A stretch of DNA of 64,000 bases from Cycas panzhihuaensis (taxonomy: Eukaryota > Plantae > Cycadophyta): assembly GCA_023213395.1 (NCBI GenBank), contig CM041465.1:170817741-170881740 (forward strand), given 5' to 3'. Below are positions 1-15,000 of the stretch, one piece after another. Under the pieces are notes generated by a model. The model was not told the origin of the DNA. It made no database searches and saw only the letters and a list, made by a program, of their open reading frames with translations. How positions within the stretch are numbered: the stretch's first letter is position 1; each line of letters begins with the position of its first letter. A program made the translations under genes and the position numbers.

Positions 1-3000
1 GCTTTATGATGCGCCATAACCATGGCCAAAGCAATCAAACTAGAATTTATAGTAGAATGCACATTCATCTCTTAACAAGATACATTATGGTACCATCACT
101 CTTAACGAGTAGATGCACAATGGCCATGACCTTATTAGGAGGATTGTTAAAAGGATTATCTTATAATAGAATGCTCCATAATAGAATAACCAATAGTAGA
201 ATAAACCATAGGGATCTAAGCAAGTAACCCTTGTCAAAGTTAATAGAAGCCAAGAAGTTGACCTTTATATTTAATATGTAGAAAAATAGACTATCAAATA
301 TGGTATATATAGTCTTTACCATTGATCATATAATATCGATCTATGAAGATCTTGATATAAATAATGAGCCCAAGGAACACCTAGCCACAAAATCCCCTAT
401 TAACCTTGAGTTAGAACCTGAAGTTTCTATTTTTGTTGTTTCCTCTATGGTCTCCTCTACCTCCTGTTGCAAGCCTCTCTAAGTCAAAGGCAGCTTGATG
501 AAGACTCCTATCACTATCTTGATTGATAATGGTACATCATTTAACTTCATTAACATCTCCCCAGTCAAATAACTTAACCTATATATAGCACTAAAAACTA
601 GTTTCACCTTCTCCTTACTAGGATACCACTGACTCCACTATGTAGGTCTTATCAAAAACCTCTACATCCAAATTGGTATATACTAATTAGATTCTTATTT
701 TTATGCCCTTTCCATAGGAGGATTAGATGTTATCCTAGGAGTTCAATAGATTCAAATCCTTGGCACTTATAACACTAATAATTCCCCTACTAATCCATTC
801 ATTCTATTCAAAGACCAGTTTAGACAAACACACAAACTACATGGGATTCAACCACCTCTTAATAAATTATTAACCTTGAAGCAAATAAGCAAACAAACAA
901 TTGAATAGTAATGTTGGACACATACTCTATCTCAATAATATTCAACCTCAATCTGACATTCATCCTAACATCCAAACCATCCTCACTAAATATCAATCTA
1001 TTTTTAACCTACTTCACAACAACCCCCTCCCCCTAGACTAAGGCTTCTACCACACCATTAAACTTTAAATTTAAAACTCTTGTAACCCTATTAGCTTATG
1101 ACCTTATCATAACTCCTACTTTCAAAAAAATAAAATTGAATGAATCATAATGGAACTCATAGATATGGACATAATGGAACCTAGTAAAAGCCCGTATCCA
1201 ACCTCCATTACGCTTGTTAGAAAAGAGATGGTTCATTTTGACTCTATATTGATTATCAAGAGCTTAATAAACTGACTATTAAAATAAAATTTTCACTTCT
1301 TGAATCAATGATACGTTGGATGAAATTCATAGGCCAACCATTTTTTCTAAATTGGACCTATAATTGAGGTATTATCAAATCCCTATCGCCCTTGAAGATT
1401 GTCATAAAACTACCTTTTGAACATATCACAGGCATTTGGAATTTTAGATTATGTTTTTTAGGTTGTACAATGCCCTAGCCACATTTTAATGTCTAATGAA
1501 TAAGATTTTTGGCCATTGCCTTCATAAGTCCATCATTATCTTCTTTGATGATATCCTTATTTATAGTTCCCACATATCTAGTCATTTACAATATTTAAAA
1601 ATTTCCCTTTAGATTCTCTCCCAATACAAACTCTATGCCAAACTGACTAAGTGTGATTTTGTAAAGACTAAACTCCAGTATTTAGGCCATATCATCTCAG
1701 TTAAAGGAGTCTGGGTAGACCCTAATAAAATTTTAGTCATTACCGTGTAGCCCAACCTAAAGAATCTCACTCAATTATGAGCTTTCCTTGGACCCACAGG
1801 CTTCTATCATTTATTCATAAAAAATTATGCTTCTATTACTACCCCCTAACTTATTTTCTTCATAAGGACTCTTTTTAGTATTCCTCTAATGTCGATGATG
1901 CATTCAACAATCTAAAATTACTTATATCCACTACTTGAAGATTAAACAACCCAAGCTTTTCACAACTATTCTATCTTAAATACAATGCCTCAATAGTAGG
2001 CTTAGGAGTTGTCCTCATGTAGAATTTCCATTTAATTACCTTCAAAAGTCAAAAACTTAAAGATCATGGATGTGGACTTTTAACTTATCAAAAAGAGATG
2101 AAGGCCATCCTCCATGCAGTAGATAAAGGACATCAATATGTACTTAAATTCAAATTCACTATCTTAACTAATCATCATAGTCTCCATCACCTCCTTGATT
2201 AGTTAGTCCTTTTAGGAGAACAAGTAAAGTAGGTCAATCACCTACAAGTGTTTGACTTTACCATATATTATAAAACGGGCAAAGAAAAAGTCATCGTTGA
2301 TGCTCTCTCCCACTTACCTTCAAAATCATCTGAGCCTATATTATGAGCCATCTCTACCCTGTAACTTACATGGTTACAAGAATTAGTAGAAGATAATCAA
2401 TCCTAATAAGATTTTGCTAAATGGTCCTAAAACATTCAACATCAAAAGGATTGGACCATGTGCAACACCTATCTTCTCTATAAAAGTTAAATCTTTGTCC
2501 ATCCATCATCTCTCTTTATTCTTTATATCTTTATTGAGTACCACACCATCCCTTTAGGAGGTCACTTATGGTTTTATAAAACCTATTGATGCATTTGATC
2601 TGACTTCTATTGGCCTCAAATAATATCACCCATACTGACCTTCATAGCAGAATGTGACATCTTCCAATGTAATAAAGTAAGCATAAAGCCTCAGCCTGGG
2701 CTTCTCCAACCCCTTCAAATTTTTTAAGGTAAATGGCAAGATATTACCATGAATTTCATTTGAGGCCTTTCATCCTTTGTTGGAAATGACTCCATTTGGG
2801 TAGCTATTAATTAACTAATAAAATATGCACATTTTTTACTAATCCACTCATCCTATTAAGCCCCCAACCTGGTCGACCTATATATTTAATTCATTTTCTA
2901 CCTCCATAAATTTCCATCCATCACAGTTTTAAATCATAACCCTAAATTTATATCTTCTTTTTGGTAAGAACTCTTCCATGCAGTTGGTACCTCTTTCAAT

Positions 3001-3042
3001 ATGAGCTTCTCCTATTATCCCTAGACAAATGGTCAATTTAAG
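1..3042 (+). mobile_element. Degenerate Ty3/gypsy element A, 5' part (gag end, protease, RT, RNase H, integrase start)
   Basis: Stop-riddled pol motifs: ILIDNG protease ~515, FFDDILIYS ~1541, FDFTI.YK.GKE.V.DALS ~2250, integrase up to GQ at 3031-3036. It is interrupted by a copia LTR at 3043. Confidence 0.9.
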
Positions 3043-3454
3043 TGTTAAAACATTTAATGACATCTTATTTATAATTATATTTTTATGTATCTTGCACCAT
3101 TGATGTACCATTATGTAATTCAAATGTAATGTAATATTATGCCAAGTCCATCCTCTTGCTCAATAATTAGCTAAAATATTAGCCTATTATGTCAACCAAT
3201 GAGATTTATTTATAAGGTGTATCTTGGTTGATAAATTAGCGTTAAACACCCTTATTTATACATTGAATTCTTATGTATACAAAAGCTCTATTAGAATATA
3301 GATCAACAATGTAAGTAATTTACTCATTGTAGTTCTTTGCAATTAATTTGCTTTGTTCTATTATCTATTGTCTATTATTTATGTTGCTTCTACTTTTATA
3401 TCTTTCATATTTGTATGCACATATGTTATCCTGATCCTATTTATGAATTTTACA
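3043..3454 (+). repeat. 5' LTR of copia 1 (412 bp)
   Basis: tgttaaaacatttaatg...aattttaca, homologous to 16423-16824 and 36987-37399. Confidence 0.92.
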
Positions 3455-5120
3455 TGGTGTCAAAGATAAAATATGTGCCTATAATCAGTTGATTACTTAT
3501 TTTTTTAGTATGTTTGCTAAAAATAACAACCATTTATCCCATTTGAGTTAGTTTTCATATCATCTTATCATCATCTAAGTCATCTGACCTATTATGAGAG
3601 TTGTTCATATCTAGTATCCATCACTAGATGTTGTTCGATTATCTATGTATAACTCTATTGTCATATATTTGATCATAATCCCTCATATAACCATATTTGT
3701 CAAATGATACCTTATTTATCAAACAATATCCTATTTTCAAAAAAAAAAAAAATAGTAGCCTATTGATCATCCATTTTACTATAGTCATAAGTATTGTGAT
3801 TATGTCCTTGAACTTGCCCTATCACTGTAAGGATATTTGTTGGTACCTCATGTGTTTTCCTAATATTAATATTTGTCCTTGTCTCATGCATGGTACTAGA
3901 CTCCCACCCAACTCCAAACCTCATAATCCACTCTCTATCAAATATTAGTATTGGCTCTTTATTCATATCACTAACTATCAAAGTCTTATGTGTCAAAAAC
4001 CCTAACACCAATTGGTACTCCCATGCTACCTTTTAGTATTACTTAAGTTCTGTCACCTTATATAAGTCATGTACACTCATCTGACATTTCTTGATCAACA
4101 TAGGAGTTCAAGCAACTCAAATCCCTCATATATGATCCTACATGGCCTTCACCACCTCTTACGATATCTCCCTACCTAGCAATCTTAGTGTTGAGTGCCC
4201 CATTATAGATTGCAGCATTGTAATTGGGTTATCCAACATCTATTTGTTGTCATTCATCCCAAAACTACATGCAAGTTTATTCACTTATTAAAACTTCATA
4301 ATATTCACTTTTACAAAGGTTGCATGTGATTTAACTAAATTGAATTCTTTTTTTAAGTCTTCTAGCTCTTATGAGCATCAACCAATGGTCACGTATAGCC
4401 GTCTTGTGATTGTAGGCTTAATGGTTAAGGGGACTTAAGCCTAACCTAACTCATTTTTTCCTCATAAGGAGTATTACTTATCGTTTTGGCTATAACTTCT
4501 TAATGAGATATCTAATTTACAAACTGTTAGATTCATCAGGTTCCTGACTGAGAGCTTTATAGCTTAAAGTTAGTTTTAAACTAATATAAGTAGACTTTTA
4601 ATGGGTTTAAAGTAGCTAAATATGACCTTTTTCTTAGGCCTTATTAAGTCTATTTTCATCAATTAAAGACTTATTTTTACATCTTATAAAGGGTTTTTCT
4701 ATTTTTAGTTGTTTATTTATATATCATTAGTTGTTCAACCTATTTATTTTAGCTAACATTCACAAATGCTTTGTTATTATAGGTGCCCTACTTATGTGAA
4801 GGCGGTTGGACTCCTTTTAGAAGCAATGTCCTTCATAAAGCATATTAAACCCTACCTTGTTGTTAAGACCCTTGTTCGTAACCAGGCCCAATCGTCAATT
4901 TACCCAAAAGAGTACACAGGTGAGCACAAGAATACTTGATAAATAGTCAAAGACTGTATTTGATTGATAAAAGTTGAATTGATGTCAGATTACATTTTGG
5001 GACCAATTTTATATGCATATTAGGCGCTTTTACGGAAGGTTATGTCCTTTCCATAGCACCTATTCATTTAAAAATTAATTAATTAATCTTTTTAAGGAGG
5101 CTCATAACAATTCCCCCCTC

Positions 5121-8100
5121 TTAAGATGTTTCGCCTACGAAACCTTCTCTTGTCAACTTGGGATGAAGTTTGATAAAATCGGAAGATTCCCATGAAGCAT
5201 CTTCAATAGGTAGTTGCTTCCACTTAATCAAATATTCTCGAATAGTCTTGGACCGTAATCTACATTCCTGGACTTCAAGGATGGCTTCTGGCAATAGAAT
5301 TAATTTGCCTTCTTCATCTAGGAGGCGATTACATGCACTGCACATACAATTTCCAACTTTTCTTTTGAGACAAGAGACATGAAATACATTGTGTAGCTTT
5401 GAAGTTGGAAGTTCCAAGGCATAAGCCACTTCGCTAATTCTCTGTGTAATCTGGAAAGGTCCATAAAATTGAGGACTCAATTTCTGCTTTTGAGAAGTTT
5501 TCAACGATGCTTGCTTGTATGGTTGTAATCTTACATAAACCCAATCTCCGATTTCAAATATTCTTTACATACAATTTTATCGACTTGTTGTTTCATACGG
5601 TTTCTGGCTTCTTCTAAATGTCGTTTTAATATTTGAAGGATATTTTGTGATTCCTGGAGATAGTCGTTAACCGCTGGAACCTTATTATCCAATTTTAACC
5701 AATCTTTTAATTGAGTTGGCTGATAGCCATATAATGCTTGATATGGGGTCATTTTAATGGACGAGTGGTACGAAGAGTTATACCATGCTTCAGCTAAATG
5801 TAACCATTTGACCCATAAATGCTACTTATCTGTGACATAATTTCGTAAATAAGTTTCTAACCCTTTATTAACTACTTCCGTTTGTCCATCTATTTGCGGA
5901 TGATAACTGGTACTCATATTTAATCTTGTACCTACTTGCTGAAACATTTCTTGCCAGAAATGGCTTAAAAATTTTGGATCTCTGTCACTAATAATGGTTT
6001 TCGGAAACCCATGTAACTTATAAATTTCTTTAATAAATACTTCAGCTAACTGCTGAGCTTTGTAGTTAGATTGAATAGGTATAAAATGACCAAACTTTGT
6101 TAAACGATCCACCACCACATAAATAGCATCTTTCCCTTCTGATTTTGGTAATCCAGTGATAAAATCCATGCTAATACTTTCCCATTTTGTTTGCGGAATC
6201 GGAAGAGGTGGAGCAACCAGAGTAGCAACACGTTCGTATTTATTGACTTGACATACAACACATTCATTACAAATTTCATTATATTTTTTCATTCCTTTCC
6301 GGAAAAATGATTGTTTGACTCATGAATATGTTTTATAAAATCCTTCATGACCCGGTAGCGGTACTACATGTGCTTCATTCAATATTTTGTTACGGAAAGC
6401 TGAGTTTGGTCCTAAGAATATCCGTCCTTTATACCATAAAATATCATTCTTCCATTCAAATTTTTCTTCTTTTCCTTGTTGAATTCTTTGAATGAGTTGT
6501 TGAATGTCAGGATCTTTCACATATTCTAATTGTAAGTCTATGATCCATACTGGTTCTATCATAGAGACAGCTTTTAATTGAGATTCTGTATTCTCTTCAT
6601 CCTTCCGAGATAAGGCATCGGCTACTACATTATTTTTCCCCTTTTTATATGTTATATCGAAATCAAATGCCTGGATTTTACTGATCCATTTTTGTTGTTC
6701 AGGGGATAATTCTTTTTGTTTTAATAAGTATTGTAGGTTGTTGTGGTCTGTCTTGACTATAAATTTGCTACCTAATAGATACTAACGCCATTTAATTAAA
6801 GCGTGTATAATGGCTAACATTTCTTTATCATAAGTTGACTTGAGAATTTCTCGGTTGTTTAGCTTCCTACTCTCAAATGCAATGGGTTTACCTTCTTGCA
6901 TCAGTACTGCACCAATTCACATTCTGATGCGTCACATTCTATTATAAAAGTTTTAGAAAAATTAGGCGTTGTAAGTGCCGGTAATTGGATCATTATTTGC
7001 TTGATTTATTCGAAACATTTTGTTGCTTCTTCATTCCACTGAAAAGAATCCTTTTTTAATAAACAAGTTAAGACAGAAGTTTTTTGTGCATAATTTTTCA
7101 CAAAGCGTTAATAATATCTTGTTAAACCCAGAAAACCTTGGAGTTTCGTAATAGTTTTGGGTATCGGCCATTCTTGAATTGCTTTAACTTTTCCTGGGTC
7201 AGCCCTAATTCCTTCTCTTGATATAAGATGACCCAGATATTCTATTTCTTTCATTCCAAAATAACATTTTGATTTGTTAGCATAAAATCTTTGTTCCTTT
7301 AAGGCGTTTAGCACTTGATCCAAGTGATTCATATGTTCTTCCCATTGTTTACTGAATATTAATATGTCATCGAAGAAGACTATAAGACAAACTTCCTCAA
7401 GAAAGGTTTTAAAACTTGATTCATTATAGCTTGGAATGTAGTTGGCGCATTAGTTAAGCCAAAGGGCATTACCTTGAACTCATAATGACCATGATGAGTA
7501 CTGAAAGTTGTTTTGTATGTATCTTCTGGTTTAATGCGAATTTGATGATAGCCTGATTTTAAATCAATTTTAGAAAAATATTCTGCTCCATGTAATTCGT
7601 CTAGTAGTTCATCGATTCTGGGTATAGGAAATTTATTCTTTATTGTAACCTTATTTAGTGCTCGATAATCTATGCACATACGGAATGATCCATCTTTTTT
7701 TCTTACCAAGATTACTGGCGCTGCAAATGGGCTTTTACTAGGAGTTATTGCTCCTATGTCTAATAATTCTTATACAATCTTTTCAATCTCATTTCGATAA
7801 TGATGTGGTTATTTATAAGGCCGAATAACAATTGGATTAGTACCTGCTTCTAATTCAATCTGATGTTCACAGCCTCTGTCTGGTGGTAAATTTGCCGGAA
7901 GATTTTGAAAAACTTCTTTATGTTTTTGGATGACTTTTTGCAGATCATTTTCTTAAATAGTTGGTTTAATTTCTGCCTGGATCGAAAAAAGTTGAGCCGT
8001 CATACCACGATGGCCTTTCTTGATTAATTTTTCCATTTTTTTACAAGATATTAGTTGGCTATTTCCAGGTTTTTCTCCTTGAAGGATGATAATTCTTCCA

Positions 8101-9707
8101 TCTTTCTTATACCTCATAAATAATTCTTCAAGATTCATTTCAAAAGTTCCCAAGGTTCGTAACCATTGACTCCCTAGAACAATATCTACTCCACCCACAT
8201 CTAGCACATAAAAGTTTTCTTTGAGAATAACGTCACCAATAGTTATTTTAAGGTTCTCCATCATTCCTTGTCCAGATATAACTTGTTGCCCTCCAACAGT
8301 TACTTGAAAAGGGGTTGTTCTAGAAGGAAATAATTTTAATTGTTGAGCGGAAATTCTATCGATAAAATTGTGAGTACTTCTTAGATCGATCAAAATCGTG
8401 ATAGCTTGATTTTTAACAAATCCTCTTAATTTAAGCGTGTCCGATCTTGTCAATCCACTCATTGCTGAGAATGACATTTTTAATGTATCTTCCTCCTGGT
8501 TACATTGATATCCCTGACTTTCAATATTTTCTTGGTCACATTCGGTATTATTTTCTTCTTCAACTTCCTCATCCTCTGCTACCGGAGATAACTCAATTGT
8601 GTATAATTGATTTTTTTGACATTTATGATTCGGAGTCCATTTTTCCGCACACCTAAAACATAGATTCTTTTTTCATAGTTCTTCTTGCTCGGCTCTTGTT
8701 CTTTGAAGTAATGGTTTAATTGGTCGATTAACTCTGTTAGGTACAAAACCATGTCGTGTAGCGGGAGGAGGATTAGGATGAGCATACGGGGGAATATAAG
8801 GTCTCGTTCTTGCCTTCTTTAATTCATTGATCTTTCCTTCCTGAATCTTGGCTAGTTGTATTGCTTTATTCAGGTCCTGAGGTTCTTGAATTTTAACATC
8901 AGCTTGGATCTCAGTTATTAGACCATCTATATATAGCTGGATAAGTTGATTACTCGGAATATCATCTAACACATAGCTTAATCTTGTAAATGCTGTGCTA
9001 TATTCTTGCACCGAACCAATTTGTTTTAATCTTCGTAACTCACAATAATAATCACGGTTAGATACAGTTTCAAACCGTTCAATGAATAGGCGTACAAACT
9101 CTTGACAGGTAGGTAATTGATCTCAAAAAGAAGTTCGTTCGAGACACTGCCACCATTCACATGCTATTCCGTCCATATGTAAAGTGGCTATCGAAACTCG
9201 CTTTGCTGACTCAATTTCCATTAGGCGAAAATAGTTTTCTATTTATTGTATCCACACTCTTGGTTCATGTGACTTTTGCTCCATACTGAAACGTTGTATA
9301 ATTATTTTTTCTAATTTTTTCTTCTTTTGTGTTTGAATATTTTGCAAGCAGTTGAAGTAAGCTTGAAAACCGACTATCTTACATTCTTGAGGTTAAATTC
9401 CGGTATTCGTTGAGATATTTTCTAATGGCCTTATTTCTAAATTAATTGAAGATATCTGAGGACTCAACCGATTTCTTGTAGTTTGGTGTCTGATATGTGA
9501 TTGGCGGCTCATTGCCTCATCTTATGAATCTGGCACAATCATATCTTCCTTCCTATTTATCGCTATAATTGTTAATTTATCCAAAATTTGATGTAGAGTA
9601 TGATTCAAAAGAGCATTTGACGTCTGAACCGCATTATGAACTGCTTGAGTGATTGGTTCAACAATTTCTTTTTGAACGGCGTTGTCTGTCATATCTTCAG
9701 TATTCAT
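5121..9707 (-). pseudogene. gag-pol of the chromovirus (gag, protease, RT, RNase H, integrase, chromodomain), broken by frameshifts and stops
   Basis: ORF fragments: [45 protein letters not shown]...HNVFHVSCLK, EYLIKWKQLPIEDASWES. Confidence 0.93.
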
Positions 9708-10468
9708 TATTTTAATAATCGTGTAAGTACGATTCCACTACGTTTCTGTCGTGTTTGTATGACTTCAGACTGATATCCCCAACTTGCTTGATACTTACAG
9801 TTTTATATTTTCTCTGTCTGACTAATTTTTAAATGATATATCACCACCGTTAGGAAGATTCTTTGAAATCTTAAATCAAACCTGCATATGAAAAAAATGT
9901 CAGATACACAAACTACTTGACTTAGAGGTTAAATACGTTCTATATTTTGATATGTAAAATGAGATATTAAAAATATTATCTTATCTCAACTATAATATGT
10001 AATATATATATATATACTTATGTATATATTAAAGATATAGTTTAAATGATTATATAATACCTATGACAATTGTATATATATATATGAATATTAGTTAATT
10101 AAGAACAATATTGATAAAACGTTTCCACTATGGGAAATAATTTAAAAGATTTAAAATTTATCTTGATATATCAAATAAATTATTGAAATACTTACTTACA
10201 TTAATATTTATATATATATATTAATCTTGTAATATAATAAATTAAATATATTATATAAAATAATTCTAATAAATACTATACTATACAATATATAAATTGA
10301 TAAATAAGAGGACTATATGAAATATAAAAGGAATAAGTTTATTCCAATTATAGCGACTTATCAAACTTGTATTATGGACGTCGCTTTATTAAAGTGAGTT
10401 TACTATTTAAAAGAAATGGAAAAAAAAAAAAAAAACGGAAGCTTCGATTCAACAACCGGATGCTTCGA

Positions 10469-10578
10469 TCCAACAAATTGGGAACGCGACGGAGAAAGAC
10501 AGATACGGAAGACGCAGAGAAGGTCCAACAATTTGGGAACGCGACAGAGAAGGACAGATACGGAAGACGCAGAGAAGG
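10469..10578. repeat. 55-bp tandem dimer within a CpG-rich patch of the chromovirus 5' UTR
   Basis: tccaacaa(a/t)ttgggaacgcgac...gacgcagagaagg at 10469 and 10524. Confidence 0.85.
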
Positions 10579-12050
10579 ACGCAGAGAAGGACAGGTGCGG
10601 AAGACAGACAGATTGGATAAAAATACAGACGAAAGACTGCTTAGACGCCAAGACGCAAAGACAAATGGACAGTGCTCTCGTTGATTGAAGACGTGGAGAC
10701 GAGAGAGATGGCAAATAATGGAATGCCCCAGAAATGGGTATCAACCTGTGATGAGCCCAACGCTAAGAACGATGAGAAACCTGCGATGAGAAAACAGTGA
10801 AAATACAAGAAAAAAACCAGCGAATGGCGGCAAAACCAGAAAGTGGAAATACATATATGTGTTGAGAAATATGCTCACATATATATCAATTATATCAGAG
10901 TGATGTTGTAACACTTATGTCAGTTGTTATAAAACAAAACAAATTAAATAAATGTGTAATCACAATGGATTGGTCATAGAACGTTACATCCCAGTTATAA
11001 CAATGTGCAGCGCTAATCAAAACAGACGATGTAACACAGATTTCAAATGACAATAATATTGGATGGAACGAGGAGATAACTGACAATGAAACAGAAGATT
11101 ATTGCATATATACGATGGATGTGCACCCTGATTATTATGTGGTTACGATATGATGGCAGAGTCTAGGACAGCAAAGTCCAGGATATTGCTCTGATACCAC
11201 TTGTTAAGACCCTTGTTCGTAACCAGGCCCAATCGTCAATTTACCCAAAAGAGTACACAGGTGAGCACAAGAATACTTGATAAATAGTCAAAGACTATAT
11301 TTGATCAATAAAAGTTGAATTGATGTCAGATTACATTTTGGGACCAATTTTATATACATATTGGGCCCTTTTACGGAAGGTTATGTCCTTTCCATAGCAC
11401 CTATTCATTTAAAAATTAATTAATTAATCTTTTTAAGGAGGCTGATAACACTTGTCCTTTAATTTTTTGCATCTCTTTTGGTCTCATTCTTTTCTTTTAT
11501 TAAAAAGAAACCTCACTAAAGTAAGACTATCATTAAAATCAATTTAAACTTAAAAGATTAACAAAGATAACTCTCAAATTTACACACGAAATTTTTCTAA
11601 CCTTGCAAGGGGAATAGTTAAGGCCCATGAAGTTACCACTCTACATGCATTAGTAGTCTCTCTCAAATTATATGGGTATTAAAAAATCCTATTAGCTATC
11701 AGGTGTATTAAGTAGTAAGCTAAGATATAAACTTTCCTTAGAGTTTAGAGACCAGGCTAGATCTAAAATGGGTGAGTCTCTTAGTTTGAGTCCTTAGCTA
11801 GATCTATCACTAAGCATAAGATCAGCGTAGATGGACAAACAGATCAAGGGGTCATTAGTCTTCTTATTGCCCATATACTTAGGTATATAAAGCTTAATGT
11901 TCATGGTCTAGTATATAGAGTCCCTAATTTACCACCTATGGGTAGGTGCCACTAGATAGAATAATAACTTAGGGCTTCCTAGAGATCTTAAGACTAAGTA
12001 TTCTAGTTTAGTAGCCCCTCTAGGTAGACAAGATACAAAGACACTTTAAA

Positions 12051-15000
12051 ATGGCAACACAAATACTTTTGTCTAACAAATTAAGCTTAGTGGAACTAAT
12101 AATTTTATGGCTTGAAAAAAAAAGAGTTAAAAACCTCTTGATAACAAATGACTATTGGGCCTATGTTAATGGGGATATAGCTCAACATACACCCACGATA
12201 GACCTAAACAACCCTAATTAAGAGTTTCCATTAGATCTTGTTACCCCAGTAGATTTAAAGCTAAAGATAACATTGACTTTTTATTTCTTTACTTAGTTGT
12301 AGAAGACCAAATAGACCAAAACATAAAAACTATTAAAACACCTCATAAGGGTTGGAGCATCATATGCTCCCTCTATAAGAGAAAAGATGACTCAAGGTCC
12401 CTCACCTTAAAATCTCATCTCTTTGGTATTCCTTTTGTTAGTACTATAGTTGCTTATCTTACATAAATCAAAACCATTAGAAATTAACTCATCAACCTCG
12501 TTGCCTCTCCTTTTGACCATGACTTAGTATCTAGTGTCATTAATATCCTTTCCATTAAATATAATAATTTTATATCTAGGCTATATGATACATTTACCAA
12601 AATGGAATTTAATACCTTAGAAGGACTTTTGTTTAGGGAGACGAACATCCTAAATTACTAAGGAGTGGCATCTATACCTGGCTCTGCACTTACATCCAAA
12701 AATTAAAGGAGGGATTAGCCACCTTAACAGTAATGTTAGTAGCCACCTTAACTATAACCCATTACTTAACAGTTTGGTTCATTGAATCTCACACAATAAC
12801 AACTATAACCACAACCATTAAGGAATCAATAGAGAAGATAAAATATCACCTACATGTATTCTAGCAAGAATGGGCACCTTGCGGTAGATTGTAGAAGGAG
12901 ACAAGAAGACCTGCAACTCCTACAAAACCATGGTTGATAATAAGGAGGCCAACACTTTTAGTAGAATAAGAATCAGGGTGACCAAAGGCAAAAGCAAAAC
13001 TAGGGAAATCTAACAAGCATAGGAACTAGCGAAGGAACCAAAGGTTCAACCAGAATACCTACCAAGAAGGAAATGTAGTTTTGTTACAAGGTAATTTAGA
13101 GAACCTTTTCTATGTAGCCTTGTCATCTCAATATGATGACAAGTGTTGGTTGATTGATTCAGGTACCACTTATCACATGACTAATACTAAAGACTTGCTT
13201 ATGGATACTTATCCCATTAGGGCTCAAATGGTGATATTTAGAGATAATCCCATATACGATACCGCTAAAATTAGAAGAGACCCAATTACGTTGAAGAACT
13301 CCAATGTTCCTAACCATATTAACAACATTCTTTTGGTTCTTTGTATGAAATAGAACTTACTATCAGTCAACATGATTAATAAGTAGAAACTTAATATTCT
13401 ATTGAGCTAAGGCATCTACACTATTATAAATCATACCATAGGATAGTTGATAGCTATAGGACATGAGAATAGTAGGCTATACAAGTTGGATGTAATTCCC
13501 TTCATCTCTATACCATAACAAGATGCTAATCAAAGTTGTGCATCTGTAAAAACTAATCACTTAGATAAAGGTAAAACAATCATAGTTGAAGACCCACCTA
13601 TGGAAGAAATATAAGGTGAATGTTTACACCAAGTTTAGCAACCCCCAACAAAGAATACGAAGGACCAACTATGGTACCAATACCTAGGTCGCTTAAATAT
13701 GCAAAGCCTTAACCTCATGTATAGACTCCAAATGGTGAATGAGTTGCCAAAAATCAAAAGAACCAACTATATCTATAAGGCCTACTTAGTGGAAAAATAA
13801 TAAAGAGAGCTATTCCCTTGTAATAAGGTATGGTGTGCATCTAAACCATTGGGATTAGTCTACTTATATATTTATGGACCCATGTCAATTTCTTCCCTCA
13901 ATCAAAGTTAGTTCTTCACGATCTTTATTGATAATTATTCGAGGAAAGTTTAGGTCTACTTTCTTTGACATAAATTTGAAGCTTTTAAAAAATTTATGAT
14001 CTTCAGGGTAGAAGTGGGAAATAAAATTGGTATGACAATCAAGGTGCTTAGATCTTACAATAGAGGAGAATATACTTCAAATTAGTTCACCAATTTCTGT
14101 CAAGAATTTAGGATAAAATATTAATTCTCCACTCCATACACAACCCAACAAAATAGTATGGTAGAAAGAATGAACCAAACTTTGGTGAATAAGGTAAAGG
14201 CTACGTTAAGTATCGTAAACCTTGCCACCCATTTTTCGTCTAAAGCCCTCTATACTACTGCATACCTCATAAACAAAAGTGCCATTATAGCAGTAAGAGC
14301 TATCACACTCGAGGAGGCCTAGTCAAGCATAAAGCCTAACATCTTATACTTAAGGGCATTTGACTACACAGCTTGTAAGTTTATCCCCAAAGAAAATAGG
14401 AAGAAAGTTAGATGATACGAGCTTAAAGTGCATCTTTCTTAGATATATGCTCAGATGTAAAACTTACAAAGTATATGACCTTATTGGAAATCAGGGGTAT
14501 ACCACTAGGGATGTCATTTTTGCTAAAGACATACTAGACTCAGACCCTTCATAACTTTAGTTTATTATATATAATAATTTTATTATTCCATAGGTGCATC
14601 TTGTACTAATTCTTAAGCCACTTATACCAATAACATCCTACACACCAAGTCCATCTTCAACACCATCAATTTCAACATCCAATTTAGATGTTACCTCTAC
14701 AATGCCACTTATATCAGCTGATGATCTTCAAGTGGAGGTCACTAATATTCAACCACCTCCTAAGTGGTATAAACAACTAATACAAGATACACCTTCTTCT
14801 CCTACTACTCCCAAAAGAGAGTCTAAAATGAGGCACTCTACAAACTATACCTCAATGGCATGTGTCCTTGAGACTTATGAGTCTTCAATGTTTAAGGAGG
14901 CAGTAAAAAGCCAAACATAGAAAGTAATAATGGATGAAGAAACAACCTCAATCCTTAAGAATAACACATAGGAGCTGATAGAACTACTACCTAAAAAGAA

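Larger units (their letters stand above)
4861..11450 (-). mobile_element. Young Ty3/gypsy chromovirus (Reina-like: short LTRs, tRNA-Met PBS, chromodomain) nested in the copia 1 leader
   Basis: 249-bp LTRs at 4861-5109 and 11202-11450 with 7 differences counted, perfect TSD cttgt (4856-4860/11451-11455), PBS rc gctctgatacca 11188-11199, PPT rc attcccccctc after 5109. Confidence 0.96.

Noticed and set aside
4500-4560. Minus-strand CTGATGA followed by a stem (hammerhead ribozyme?)
   Set aside because: No GAAA core after stem II and no closing helices.
10440-10600. Regularly spaced repeats resembling a CRISPR array
   Set aside because: Contiguous tandem units without unique spacers, in a eukaryotic retroelement leader, with no cas genes.
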